DNA of 63,840 nt, filler included, from Octopus bimaculoides (taxonomy: Eukaryota), in NCBI RefSeq assembly GCF_001194135.2. It is 6 parts of 6 records of this genome, joined end to end, with 100 filler letters (N's around TTAATTAATTAA, not from the genome) between each part and the next. Parts side by side here need not be neighbours in the genome. Positions count along the whole stretch, not along the records: positions 23,855 to 51,577 come from NC_068996.1; positions 51,678 to 59,476 come from NC_068984.1; 4 more parts are not named here. The stretch is one strand, 5' to 3'. A program made the position numbers and the translations under genes. Positions 40,381-53,545 of this stretch are shown piece by piece. Numbering within the stretch: position 1 is the stretch's first letter; the number at the start of each line of letters is the position of its first letter. Under the pieces are notes generated by a model, which worked only from the letters and a program-made list of their open reading frames with translations, did not search any database and had not been told where the DNA came from.

Positions 40381-40987
40381 AGTTTTTAACATATGCTCTC
40401 ACAGCAAATCACTTCCCATTCATGTACTAGTTTAAAATAATTAGAATAGGGTTGTCACATTTGAACCGCCATAATCTAGGACACCTCCACTGACAGTCAT
40501 CACGACTCTCCGTGGCTACACACTTTGAGCCTTTGGCGTTATATTTAAATTGCTCCTAATGATTTAACATATTAGGTAAGTACAATAAGCGCTCGCACTT
40601 CGACGATGAAAGTAGTAACTACTAATGTCCCTTATCAAAGATATTGTTTAATATTTCCTCTCTGAAGACGGTATAGCTGATCTTTGTATGGAAATCAATG
40701 AGATATGCACCAAATGCACCAAAGACACAGCTATTCTAAAATTAGCTGAAAGAGACTTTATGCATAGATTCTTAATTCCCTATTTTCTCTAACAGCCCTG
40801 CAATTATGTTTGAATTATAAATACATACTCTGAAGTGATACCACTTGCTTTGTTCATTTTTTTCACTTTTCTCTTTCTGATACACACATACACACACGTA
40901 TATATACACATAAACATACATATATGCCTATATGTCTATATGTGTATTCATATATGTATACATATATACATATATGTATATATATTA

Positions 40988-41082
<95 letters not shown>

Positions 41083-41094
41083 AATCTACCCACT

Positions 41095-41455
41095 GGTGGC
41101 TGTGTGCATTGAAACTTACCTCCCAACCGCATGGTTCCGGATTCAGTCACACTGTGCGGCAACTTGGACAAGTGTCTTCTAATATAGCTTCGGGCCAACC
41201 AATGCCTTGTGAGTGGATTTAGTAGATGGAAACTGAAAGAAGCCCGCTGAGTATGTATGTAAGTATGTGTGTGTGTGTGTGTTTGTGTGTGTCTGTCTGT
41301 TAGTTTGTCTTTGTCCCCCACTTGACAACCAGTGTTGCTGTGGTTATGTCCCCGCAGCATAGTGCTTCGGCCTAAGACATCGATAAAATAAGTACTAAGG
41401 TCGATTCATTCAACTAAAAATGGCCGCAGTCTAATGAATGAAACAAGTAACAGAT
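41095..41455 (+). mobile_element. SINE family A, full length, diverged
   Basis: Head, core, (TG/TATG)n and tail all recognisable. Confidence 0.85.
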
Positions 41456-41474
41456 AAACGATTAAAGATACGTT

Positions 41475-41563
41475 AATATCGAGTGAGAACGAGTGAGAAC
41501 GAGTGGATAAAATATCGAGTGAGAACGAGTGGATAAAATATCGAGTGAGAACTAGTGGATAAA
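41475..41563. repeat. 26-bp tandem repeat, about 3 copies, with an internal 10-bp stutter
   Basis: (aatatcgagtgagaacgagtggataa)n. Confidence 0.85.
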
Positions 41564-42340
41564 CATTCTTTATTTGTTGAGTAACTAAACTACAATTGGT
41601 TTGATGTTGAGAGAGATATCTTCCACATGGGACGTATATTTATAAGTTTTTAAGTGATAGACGCAGAAATTCGGAACTTCTGGGGGAATTAAAAAAAATT
41701 CTTCTCGGAGGTAAAATTTGACATGTTCCCTGGAAATACGGACGTACAGCAACCCTAAATTAGAACAACATTTGGAGCTAATTAGGCTCAGACATTACAA
41801 GAAACTAGAAGATACGATGGAATGAATCATCAGCTCCGAACGAATACATAAAATTCAGCACGTATATACAGCGCCCTTGCTGCAAACACGCTTACACACA
41901 CACACACANNNNNNNNNNNNNNNNNNNNNNNNNNNNNNNNNNNNNNNNNNNNNNNNNNNNNNNNNNNNNNNNNNNNNNNNNNNNNNNNNNNNNNNNNNNN
42001 NNNNNNNNNNNNNNNNNNNNNNNNNNNNNNNNNNNNNNNNNNNNNNNNNNNNNNNNNNNNNNNNNNNNNNNNNNNNNNNNNNNNNNNNNNNNNNNNNNNN
42101 NNNNNNNNNNNNNNNNNNNNNNNNNNNNNNNNNNNNNNNNNNNNNNNNNNNNNNNNNNNNNNNNNNNNNNNNNNNNNNNNNNNNNNNNNNNNNNNNNNNN
42201 NNNNNNNNNNNNNNNNNNCACACACACACACACACACACAACACGCAATCGCACACGCGCGCCCTCATACACACGCGCGCCCTCATACACACACGCACCC
42301 TCATACACACACGCACGCACACACATATAGAGAGCTGTGT

Positions 42341-42485
42341 GGAAGGCGCAGGCCTCGCATCTATGTAGTTTCGCGTTCAGTGTTGAAGCTCGTTACCTTG
42401 GGCAAATGATTTCATTTATAACCTCGAACCAACAAAAAAGCCTTGTAGAGGAGTTTGGCAGGCGGGAACTGTTCTGAAGCCCGAT
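42341..42485 (+). mobile_element. Highly degenerate SINE-A head/core
   Basis: accttgggcaaatg...aaagccttgt..gagtttggcaggcgggaact...gaagccc. Confidence 0.6.
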
Positions 42486-43335
42486 ATATATGTTATATTC
42501 TGTATTTGTCCTCTCTTTTATTATCATCATTTAATGTCTTACATTAACAGATATATATTTTCTGTACTCAGCTTAGCTGTTTGCTTCTAGTAACCGTTTG
42601 GAAATCTATTTAAGTACAAAATTGTGAAATGCATTGAACTTTTGGATGTTTTTGGATATGTATGTACATTTTGTATATATAAATGCCAGTATATGACTCT
42701 CTGCTGGTAAAGTGCGCTGTACACACACTCACATACAGACACGCGCACACACATATGACTATATGTATGTCTGCACATGTCTATATATACACATACATAC
42801 ATGGTTGTGTATATTTATATAGGAGTAATCGAGTAAATGCATATATGTATATACATTTGTGTTGGAATATATAGAAAGAATGAGAAGGATTGGTGTGAGT
42901 TGTATATGAGCTAACAAGAAATAAACAGGAAATTTTAAAGTGCTGATAACTTTACAATAGTTGTCCTTCTTCTGTCGATGACGGACACACACACAGACAC
43001 ACGCACATACATACACGCATACATATACACACACACTGCGAAATCTTATCTGGCGGTAACTGAAAGAGACAATATGTGTTCATAAATAGATCAACAAGGG
43101 TGACTACCTACCTACCTACCTACCTACCTACCTACCTACCTACCTACCTACCTACCTACCTGCCTACATATATAATATATNNNNNNNNNNNNNNNNNNNN
43201 NNNNNNNNNNNNNNNNNNNNNNNNNNNNNNNNNNNNNNNNNNNNNNNNNNNNNNNNNNNNNNNNNNNNNNNNNNNNNNNNNNNNNNNNNNNNNNNNNNNN
43301 NNNNNNNNNNNNNNNNNTGTGTGTATGTATGTGTT

Positions 43336-43366
<31 letters not shown>

Positions 43367-43446
43367 GTGTATGTATGTGTGTGTGAGCGTGTGTGTGTAT
43401 ATATGTATATATGTATATATGTATATATATATATATATATTATATA

Positions 43447-43863
43447 TTCGTTTTGCAAGATTCTTGATGTGAATTCGTGTGTTGAAACAGATATTGTTGT
43501 ATTTGGGGATAGTCATATTGCCAGTTTAGCCAATATAAACACACGCACTATATATTTGGTGTTCACTTGCTTCAGCTTTATTTTATATTAATTGTATTTC
43601 GGCTAGAGTTCTTTCGTTGCACTTCTATGACCTCATCAGTGGTCCTTTGGTTTCGTCAAAATGACAGATCATTAATAAGGAGAGACAGACAAAAAAAAAG
43701 AAAGCAAAGAACCACTGATGAGGTCACACAAGTGTGACGAAAGAATTCTGGCCGAAATATAATTAATATAAAATAAAGTTGAAGCAAGTGAACACCAAAT
43801 ATATAGTGCGTGTGTTTTTATTGGCTAAACTGACAACATGACCATCCCCAAATACAACAATAT
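43447..43863. mobile_element. Foldback of repeat family E (arms 43491-43654 and 43700-43863) with divergent hammerhead cores
   Basis: Arms are reverse complements; minus arm extends about 45 bp further. Confidence 0.9.
43712..43751 (+). ncRNA. Minimal type I hammerhead-like motif
   Basis: cca-CUGAUGA-G-gtcacac(aa)gtgtgac-GAAA-gaau-UC-tgg; strong helix II, short helices I and III. Confidence 0.6.
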
Positions 43864-43876
43864 ATATGTATATATT

Positions 43877-44095
43877 CGTGTGTGTGTCTGTGTTTGTCTC
43901 CCCGCCATCGCTTGACAACCGATGCTGGTATGTTTAGGTGCTCGTAACTTAGCGATTCAGCAAAAGGGACCGGTAGAATAAGTACTAGGCTTATAAAGAA
44001 TAAGTCCTGCAGTCGATTTGTTCGACTAACACCCTTTAAAGCGGTGCTCCAGCATGGCCGCAGTCAACTGACTGAAACAATAAAAAAAATAATAG
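43877..44095 (+). mobile_element. SINE family A 3' tail
   Basis: catcgcttgacaaccgatgctgg...gcggtgctccagcatggccgcagtcaactgactgaaac. Confidence 0.9.
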
Positions 44096-44230
44096 AATAC
44101 ACACACACACATACATACATTCATGTATATATATAATTTATTTGTGCGTGTATACACTCATGTATGCATAAAAATTTGTTATATATATATGTACACATGC
44201 AAATATATATATGTATATGTGTGTATCTGA

Positions 44231-44267
<37 letters not shown>

Positions 44268-44434
44268 TATGTATGTGTGTACGCGTGCGCGTTTGAATAG
44301 ATGACATCATTTTAGGCGGAAATCATTACGGGGCGAGGTGTATTTATGTCAACTTTAAAGTTCTAGGCGCGCATTTAATACAGAATTGCTTTGTTAATCC
44401 TTTCTGCCATAAGGGATACTACTTTTATAAGTAT

Positions 44435-44650
44435 ATTCTTTTCTCCTCTAGGCACAAAGCCCGAAATTTTTCGGGAGGGGGCCAGTCGATTAGATCGACC
44501 TCAGTACGTAACAGGTACTTAATTTATCGACCCCGAAAGGATGAAAGGCGAAGTTTACCTCGGCGGAATTTGATCTCAGAACCTAAAGACAAGCGAGATG
44601 CCGTTAAGCATTTCGCCTGGCGTGCTAACGTTTCTGCCAGCTCGCCGCAT
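44435..44650 (-). mobile_element. Full-length SINE family B (B2 tail) with 12-bp TSD
   Basis: TSD ttttataagtat (44423-44434) / ttttatacgtat (44651-44662), one mismatch. Confidence 0.9.
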
Positions 44651-45200
44651 TTTTATACGTATGTTTCATAGTAGAACTGTCGCGGCACAACGTTAGAACT
44701 GACTATAAATCCTGAGAAGTGCATCATTTGAATTCGTGTGCAATATTTTTCAAAATTGAAATGTCATATGCTTAAAACGTGTATAGCTGAAAAATANNNN
44801 NNNNNNNNNNNNNNNNNNNNNNNNNNNNNNNNNNNNNNNNNNNNNNNNNNNNNNNNNNNNNNNNNNNNNNNNNNNNNNNNNNNNNNNNNNNNNNNNNNNN
44901 NNNNNNNNNNNNNNNNNNNNNNNNNNNNNNNNNNNNNNNNNNNNNNNNNNNNNNNNNNNNNNNNNNNNNNNNNNNNNNNNNNNNNNNNNNNNNNNNNNNN
45001 NNNNNNNNNNNNNNNNNNNNNNNNNNNNNNNNNNNNNNNNNNNNNNNNNNNNNNNNNNNNNNNNNNNNNNNNNNNNNNNNNNNNNNNNNNNNNNNNNNNN
45101 NNNNNNNNNNNNNNNNNNNNNNNNNNNNNNNNNNNNNNNNNNNNNNNNNNNNNNNNNNNNNNNNNNNNNNNNNNNNNNNNNNNNNNNNNNNNNNNNNNNN

Positions 45201-45242
<42 letters not shown>

Positions 45243-45736
45243 TATACACACATACATACACATACATATATATACACACATATATTTGTATATATATATA
45301 TTTATATATATATTTATATATATATTTATATATATATATGCTCATTCACGCTCTCACAGACACACACACGCATAGCAACTCACACACACGCGCGCACTCG
45401 CACACATATATGTGTGTGTGTATATATATACATGTACATATATAGGTATATATATATATATATAGGTGTATATATTTATATCTTGAAATACTGCGTATTC
45501 ACTGAAAAAAAAAATCTACTAAATGCAAGATGTCAGTTCTTTAACTTGTAATAAATATATTATTTCTTCAATGCGATAGCAATAGCATGTATGATATCAC
45601 ATAAAGTCTACAATTTTCTGAAATGGATGTTCAGAGCAGAATATTTGGAGGAACAGAAAATGAATGATCTCACTGACATTTCAGAAATTTCTGTTGCTGT
45701 TTCCTACAACTGTTTCCACAGGCGTACCCGTGTATA

Positions 45737-45898
45737 GGCGCATGCGTGGCTGTGTGGTAAGAAGCTTGCTTCCCAACTACATGGTTCTGGGTTCAGTCCC
45801 ACTGCGTGGCACCTTAGGTAGGTGTCTTTTACTCCAACATCGGGCCGACCAAAGCCTTGTGAGTGGATTTGGTAGACGGAAACTGAAAGAAGCCCGTC

Positions 45899-45960
<62 letters not shown>

Positions 45961-46092
45961 TTATGTGTCTGTGTTTGTATATCTAGAAAGAATAACCCCT
46001 GGGGTCGATTTCTTCGACTAAAACCCTTCAAGGCGGTGCTCCATCATGGCCACACTGAAATGACTGAAACTAGTAAAACAATAAAAGAATAA
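45737..46092 (+). mobile_element. SINE family A with internal tail deletion
   Basis: Head, core, (TA)n, then the distal tail only. Confidence 0.88.
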
Positions 46093-46323
46093 AAATCCAT
46101 ATAAGAAGATAATAACATATGTAATCTCATTAATTACATAAGTACTTGCAATTATTATATTACTTTACATGAATATGATGTAGAAATCATTTTGTCAAAC
46201 GTTTATTTAATATGAAAATCAACTCGCTGTTGCTGTTGTAAATATAAACACACAAAAAGAAGTATATACAGTAAAGCATATATAGGTATAAGCAAAGATG
46301 TAATGAATACTCTAACAAATACA

Positions 46324-46534
46324 TAGTTCTATATTTAAGAGATGAGGAATTATGTTCATTATTTACATTATTTACATTTGACGGATATTTGTCATCATCT
46401 TGTTTGTTGTTAACAACGTTTCAGTTGATATACGCTCCAGCCTTCATCAGGTGTCTTGGGGAAATTTCGAACCTGGGTTCTCATTCCTAAGCTACTTTTC
46501 GTTGTTGTTTTTGTTGTTGTTGTTGTTGTTGTTG

Positions 46535-46603
<69 letters not shown>

Positions 46604-46828
46604 TCACTGCCTGAAATCGAACTCGGAATCTCGGGGTTAGTAGCCCGGGTTCTTAACCACTACGCCATATGCCCAATAATAATAACATCGAAAAATACCT
46701 TAGGAATGAGAACCCAGGTTCGAAATTTCCCCAAGACACCTGATGAAGGCTGGAGGGTATATCAGCTGAAACGTTGTGTTAACAACAAGCAAGATGAACA
46801 AATATCCGTCAAATGTAAATAATGTACG
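46324..46828. mobile_element. SINE family C foldback: full copy on minus (46324-46674) fused 5'-to-5' with an inverted tail copy on plus (46675-46828); 10-bp TSD
   Basis: TSD aacaaataca at 46314-46323 and 46829-46838; arms are reverse complements. Confidence 0.9.
46735..46780 (+). ncRNA. Minimal type I hammerhead ribozyme, intact core
   Basis: gacac-CUGAUGA-A-ggctg(gagggtatat)cagct-GAAA-CGU-U-gtgtt; predicted cleavage after 46775. Confidence 0.8.
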
Positions 46829-49039
46829 AACAAATACAATTAAAAATGTTTCAGTGAAAAAAAATTAATAGAGAACATTTACAGTGAGAAAGGACATGTG
46901 TACAGCACCCTTACAAACACCCTTACAAACACACACACACATACACACATACACACACCACACATACGTACACACACATACACTCACTACAGATACGTAG
47001 ACACACATACAGACGTATACACTCACACTACAGATACATATATACACACACACCAGACATATGCACACCTGTAAGCAAACGCGTACCAGAAAGTGATTTA
47101 CTGCTGTAATGTTTGTAGTTTCCAGCTATCTTCCTTACGCGGTCCTCCAGACCAAATATTAATAGTCGCTAGTTATTTCTTTTTTCTTATTTTCTACGTT
47201 TTGTGTCTTTCACCCACCATAAAAGCAAAATTGATTTAAATTGTTCATATTTGAAATGGATTCCCTGACTAGAAGGTTCGTTACGCATTGCATAGTGTGG
47301 TGTGATGTAAGAATTTTAGAAACCGCTGTAGGAATGAAAATATTGAAATATCACTGATCTTTCGGTTCTTTCAAATTTACACACACACACAAAGGCACAC
47401 ACACACACACACACACACGCATAAGACACACTGTCACACAGGCACACACAGACACACATATATCACACACAAATACACACGCACATACCTACATATCAGT
47501 AGAACATTCAGCGCTGCTAAGAATGATAAGTAGCTCTAAATATGCCAGAATATTCTTAATGAAGGCATATTCTGTTTAATCGAACTCTATTAGATTACAC
47601 TCGAAAACTTGTCTTTCATGAAAGAAAGGAATTTGTTCTACGGCATGTTTGTAACAAACCATTATGCAGTGTTATCTACTACATATACGTAGTGAATATA
47701 AAAGATGTATTTCCTTATTTGATTGTGTTTATGTTATATTTCTAATTCATACATATTAAATATAAACATTGTTTTAAGAAATGCAAAAACAGTGTTAGTT
47801 TATTCGGAGAAACAAAAGACAATTATTACTATTAATAATATATCATCTTTTATTCTTGGAATTCTTTAATACTGAAATGAAATTTAAAAATGCGTAGAAA
47901 ACGGAGTACCGAGAAGTAAGTTACTCCAGAATATCATTCTTATAATGTGTGAAGGCCATTATCAAAACAATGCCACACATTCAAATATCGTGAATGCAAT
48001 GAAATTATTATAGATCGTAAAATATGTTTATTTATGCAATACATAATGAAATAATGTTTTAGGTTTTACTAACCAGTACATAAATATAGAGGGATGCAAA
48101 GGAACTGGTACTGGATCACCAGCAATGGAAAACACCTGTGGACTTGGTTGGGTCTACGCATGACGACGCCTCTGGGACCATTAACTTGGAATGATCCCAC
48201 CCCATCAAGTAAAAGCATGAATCCAAGCCTAGCCAGACATAGATATAGTAGTCTTGAGCATTTCGTGTAAAACTGGCCACAAGCAAAACATGATTTCAGT
48301 AGAGGCAGTCCGCAAATTCTCAGTGTTTGTCGGTGGTATTTATTGTCATTACCAATTATAAATGATTTGGAAACAGCTGTCTCTTGTGTAGAACGAAAGA
48401 GTACGCATGTTTTCTTATGAATATTACTGCACTGAGAATAATTGTACTGAGCATAATCTCTTACGAACTCGGTGAGAATAGTTACCCCAATAGCATATGA
48501 TATGCATCTCTTTATCTTCAGTCTTGTATCATTATATTACGAAGCTGATATAATTAGCTCAACAGGATTATTGAGAATAAGAGAGAATCCTATTTTAGCT
48601 GAAGTCTGTTTCATGTGTAGTAAGACGAAATCCGAGTGAACAACAAGGTTTTCGTCAAGGATCAAACTAACTTAGCTTGAAATAAACTGTGGACGTCGTG
48701 ACCCCTTTGTTGTGCAGCAGTTGCGTTAGGTAAAGCAAATTTGTCGACAATTTGCCAAGTGAATAGAAAGGTGATAAAAGATGAGTTATCATCATGAATG
48801 GGTATGAAAAAATGTTGCCAAAAATTTTCCATTACTGCTGAGACATTGTCCACTAGCAGTAGTTTTGCGGTATCAGAGCAATCAGTACAACGCCAAATTT
48901 ATTTGTAAACATTTTTGATAAATATAAAACAATTGCCGAAATCAAAATTAATGTCTAGATTAAATGATTTGGTCAGGAGTAGAAAGCAAGGAACTAAAGA
49001 AAGAGATTAAAAATTGTGTCCAACTTAAGCTTTCTTCAC

Positions 49040-50395
49040 AAGCACTACCATACACCATACCAACATTACCATACACCAGACCAACATTACCATACACCAG
49101 ACCAACACTACCATACACCACACCAACACTACCATACGCTACACCGACAATACCATACAACACATAAACATAACATGCGTCATACCAACACTACCATACA
49201 CAACACCAACACTCTCATACACAACACCAACACTACCATTCACCACACCAACACAAGCATACACCAGACCAACACTAACATATACAAGACGAACACTACC
49301 ATATACCACAACAACACTACCATACACCACACCAACACTCTCATACACCACACCAACGCTACCATACATNNNNNNNNNNNNNNNNNNNNNNNNNNNNNNN
49401 NNNNNNNNNNNNNNNNNNNNNNNNNNNNNNNNNNNNNNNNNNNNNNNNNNNNNNNNNNNNNNNNNNNNNNNNNNNNNNNNNNNNNNNNNNNNNNNNNNNN
49501 NNNNNNNNNNNNNNNNNNNNNNNNNNNNNNNNNNNNNNNNNNNNNNNNNNNNNNNNNNNNNNNNNNNNNNNNNNNNNNNNNNNNNNNNNNNNNNNNNNNN
49601 NNNNNNNNNNNNNNNNNNNNNNNNNNNNNNNNNNNNNNNNNNNNNNNNNNNNNNNNNNNNNNNNNNNNNNNNNNNNNNNNNNNNNNNNNNNNNNNNCAAT
49701 ACCATACACCAAATCTACCATACACCACACCAACACTACCATACACCACACCAACACTACCATACACCACACCAACACTACCATACACCAAGCCAACACT
49801 ACCATATTCCACACCAACACTACCATACACAACACCAACACTACCATACACCGCACCAACACAACCATACACCACACCAACACTACCATACACCAAACGA
49901 ACACTACCATACACCGAACGAACACTACCATACACCACAACAACAATACCATACTTCACACCAACACTCTCATACACCAAACCAACACTACCATACACCA
50001 CACCATCAATACCATACACCACATCAACACTAATATACACCAACTCTACCATACACCACATCAACTCAACCATACACAACATCAACACTACCACTCTACC
50101 ACACACCAAGCCAACATTACCACTCTACCATACACGAAACCAACACTACTACTTTACGATACTCCAAACCAACACTACCATACACAACATCAAGAATACC
50201 ATACACCACAACAACACTAACTAACACCACATCAACACTACCATACACCAAATCAACACTACCATACACCAACTCTACCATACACCACATCAACACTACC
50301 TAACACCATGCCAACATTACCATACACTACACCAACACTACCATACACCACATAATAACACTACCGTACACCACACCAACACTACCATACATTAC
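49040..50395. repeat. 21-bp minisatellite (ccatacaccacaccaacacta)n, degenerate, interrupted by a gap
   Basis: Direct reading; produces the YTTPTLP / VYGSVGV repeat ORFs. Confidence 0.92.
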
Positions 50396-51437
50396 ACACC
50401 ATATCAACGCACAAATATTGCCATATGCCATTACACTTAAATCCGTTGCTATTTCTTTAATAAAAATCTTTGTTTAGATTTAAATTTTAGTAGAGTTTTG
50501 TGTTTTGACTTCCATTTTGTTGTTGAGCTGCTTTGTGTAAATTTTGCAATTCCCCCGCCGAAACATTTTTATTCCATTCTATCTTTTGTATATCTTTCCA
50601 TTCTTTCTATAATTCATTAATGTTTGTTATTTCACAAGAAATTAATAAAATACTGAACTGTTTTAGAAACAATAACCACTTTATTAACTATATTGAAGGA
50701 AAAAAAATATCATAATTGTATTATTTAACCTTTAAAGATGTGTGAAGATGAGCCGTAGAATCTGACCTGGGGTCTTTTGCGAAGCATTGTAGAGGACCTT
50801 TCAAATGAGAAACACCTTGGAATGTCGCATTATCGATATTCAAAGAAAATGTTAAATAGTTTTCTCACTGTCCTTGGAATGAATGTGATGTGTCATCACC
50901 TTTATGATTTGTTATCACTTTAGATTAAACTAATTTATCTATTGCTTTGATTCATTCAAAATTGACTTCTTAGTATTTACTTTCATCTCAGTCTTTCTAA
51001 TTATTCTCTCTATCACTTTTTCTCTCTTTAAGTCTCTCTCTAAACATACATACATACACATACATACATTCATACATACATATACATACATTCATTCATA
51101 CATACATACATACATACATAGGTACATACATACATACATACATACATATATGTATGTATGTATCTATTTATTAGCTTTTTTTCCTGTATTTGTATCTTTT
51201 CCCCATTCTGTCTATCCTATATATAAGTATGTACACACACATATATGTATAAAATATGTATGTGTATATAAATATAAAATGTATGCATACACACACACAT
51301 ACATATATATATGCATATACATGTATACCTATATACATATGCCCATGTATGTATGCATATTAATATATATATACATACATATATACGTAGATAAGTATAT
51401 ATGCATACATACGTTTATATGCATATATATATATTTG

Positions 51438-51470
<33 letters not shown>

Positions 51471-51512
51471 TTGTATATATATATGTATATATATACATAT
51501 ATATATATATGC

Positions 51513-51543
<31 letters not shown>

Positions 51544-51910
51544 TGTACATATATACATATATGCATATATATATATANNNNNNNNNNNNNNNNNNNNNNN
51601 NNNNNNNNNNNNNNNNNNNNNTTAATTAATTAANNNNNNNNNNNNNNNNNNNNNNNNNNNNNNNNNNNNNNNNNNNNGTAAAGAGTGTGATATGCTGAAA
51701 AAAGAGAGAACAGTACTTGAAGTGTAGTTTCATTCCAGTGGTAAATATCCGTGTAGAAATCCGTGCAAAGTAATCCTTGTGTGAATAATCCGGAAATTTA
51801 TGTTGGAACGAAAGTTGATATAGCATAGATAGCATAGGTACATATATATATATATATATACACATACATACACACACCGCACCCCCACACATAAATATAT
51901 ATATATGTAT

Positions 51911-52280
51911 TCTTTTATTTGTTTCGAGCAAATCGACCCCAGGACTTACTCTTTGTAACCCTAGTACTTATTCTATCGGGTTCTTTTTGCCGAACCGCTA
52001 AGTTACGGGGACGTACACACACCAGCATTGGATGTCAAGCGATGTTGGTGGGGTGGGGTGGGGGGAAACACAGACACACAGTCATATACATACAAATACA
52101 CACACATACATATATATATATGAAGGGCTTCTTTCAGTTTCCGTCTACCAAATCTATTCACAAGGCTTTGGTCGGTCCTAGGCTATAGTAGAAGACACTT
52201 ACCCAAGGTGCTACGTAGTGAGATTGAACCCGGAACCATGTGATTGATAAGCAAACTACTTACCACACAGCCACTCCTAT
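51911..52280 (-). mobile_element. SINE family A, near full length
   Basis: Tail, internal (CA/TA)n, core and head in reverse complement. Confidence 0.9.
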
Positions 52281-53332
52281 ATATAAGATACAGATTAGTA
52301 AATAATTTTATTCTCAAACGCAGGATAATGCTAATAATATCGCACGAACAGGATAGACTATCCATATAAAGGTTATGATTAGATGCAAATGGGTCTTTCA
52401 TTATATAATCTATATTATATATTTGATGTTGAGAAAACAATGGAGGCATTCAGAGTATTTAGAGAAATTTCAATAATTTTAAAAAGAGATGAAATAATAG
52501 AAAATTAAATAACCGCACATTAGGATGCAGAAAAATCAAAGCTGAAGACACCAATTTCATATCAATAAATTATAAGACAATGACTTTTTGATTTTAGCTC
52601 TTACAGACTTTTGGAAGCAAATCCAGACAACGTCTATGAGCATCAACGAAGACAAATACTTAAAAACACCAATGAGGAAGTCGTTATACTCTTAGCTTGA
52701 TAGCAATAGCTGCCAGTCTAGAACTTTTCAGACATATATTTTGCAATGTTTTGTAAGAAAGAAACAAGACGACGAAGTCGTTACTGGGAGCCATTAATCA
52801 TAGGTCTGCTCAGTTAGCGCTGACTTAGGGCTAAACAAAAAAAAAACAAACAAACAAACAAACAATAAGAAGACCAAAACTGATAAAAGTGGAAGGTATT
52901 TGTGAGACCAAAATGTATGAAAAAGAAAAACCGTTCGGTAACTCATGCATAAACAGATCGATATTAATATCTGGGATCACAAAATAAAAAACGATTTCTC
53001 CTGCGGAAGTAAGCTTCTTTGGATGATGTCAATAATACAAGAACAAATACAAGAAAGCAGGGATATCTACGATTTATTGATGATGAGAAGGATGTAAGTA
53101 CATCATCCATTTTGAAAACTGGGGTTTATTACAATGATTATTGGAAAAACAAGCCTCCTTTCGAGAAAAGCATGGCTGCATGATTGAATTTGAATTCTCG
53201 AGAGGAAAATAGTGTCTTGAAATTATTGATTAAGGGGGACGCTAAAAATGTTCACACTTTTCCCCAAGTTTTTAAAATGAAAATCGTTGAGATGACACGA
53301 CTAAGAAAACTCTGCTCCCTTTATCAAATATA

Positions 53333-53545
53333 TATTCTTTTCTACTCTAGGCACAAGGCCCGAATTTTTGAGGGAGGGGGCCAGTCGATTAGATCGACCC
53401 CAGTACGTAACTGGTACTTAATTAATCGACCCCGAAAGGATGAAAGGTAAAGTCAACCTCGGCGGAATTTGAACTCAGAACGTAAAGACAGACGAAATAC
53501 CTATTTCTTTATTGCCCACAAGGGGCTAAATATAGAGGGGACAAA
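53333..53545 (-). mobile_element. SINE family B dimer fragment (B1 tail joined to headless B2), runs into a gap
   Basis: Junction gaaata|ggtatttcgtctg at 53501/53502. Confidence 0.88.

Noticed and set aside
41475-41563. CRISPR-like repeat
   Set aside because: Contiguous tandem units with no unique spacers; eukaryotic context.
50730-50865. NIDNATFQGVSHLK on the minus strand, LRR-like
   Set aside because: Single short motif, upstream in-frame stop, no convincing splice sites.
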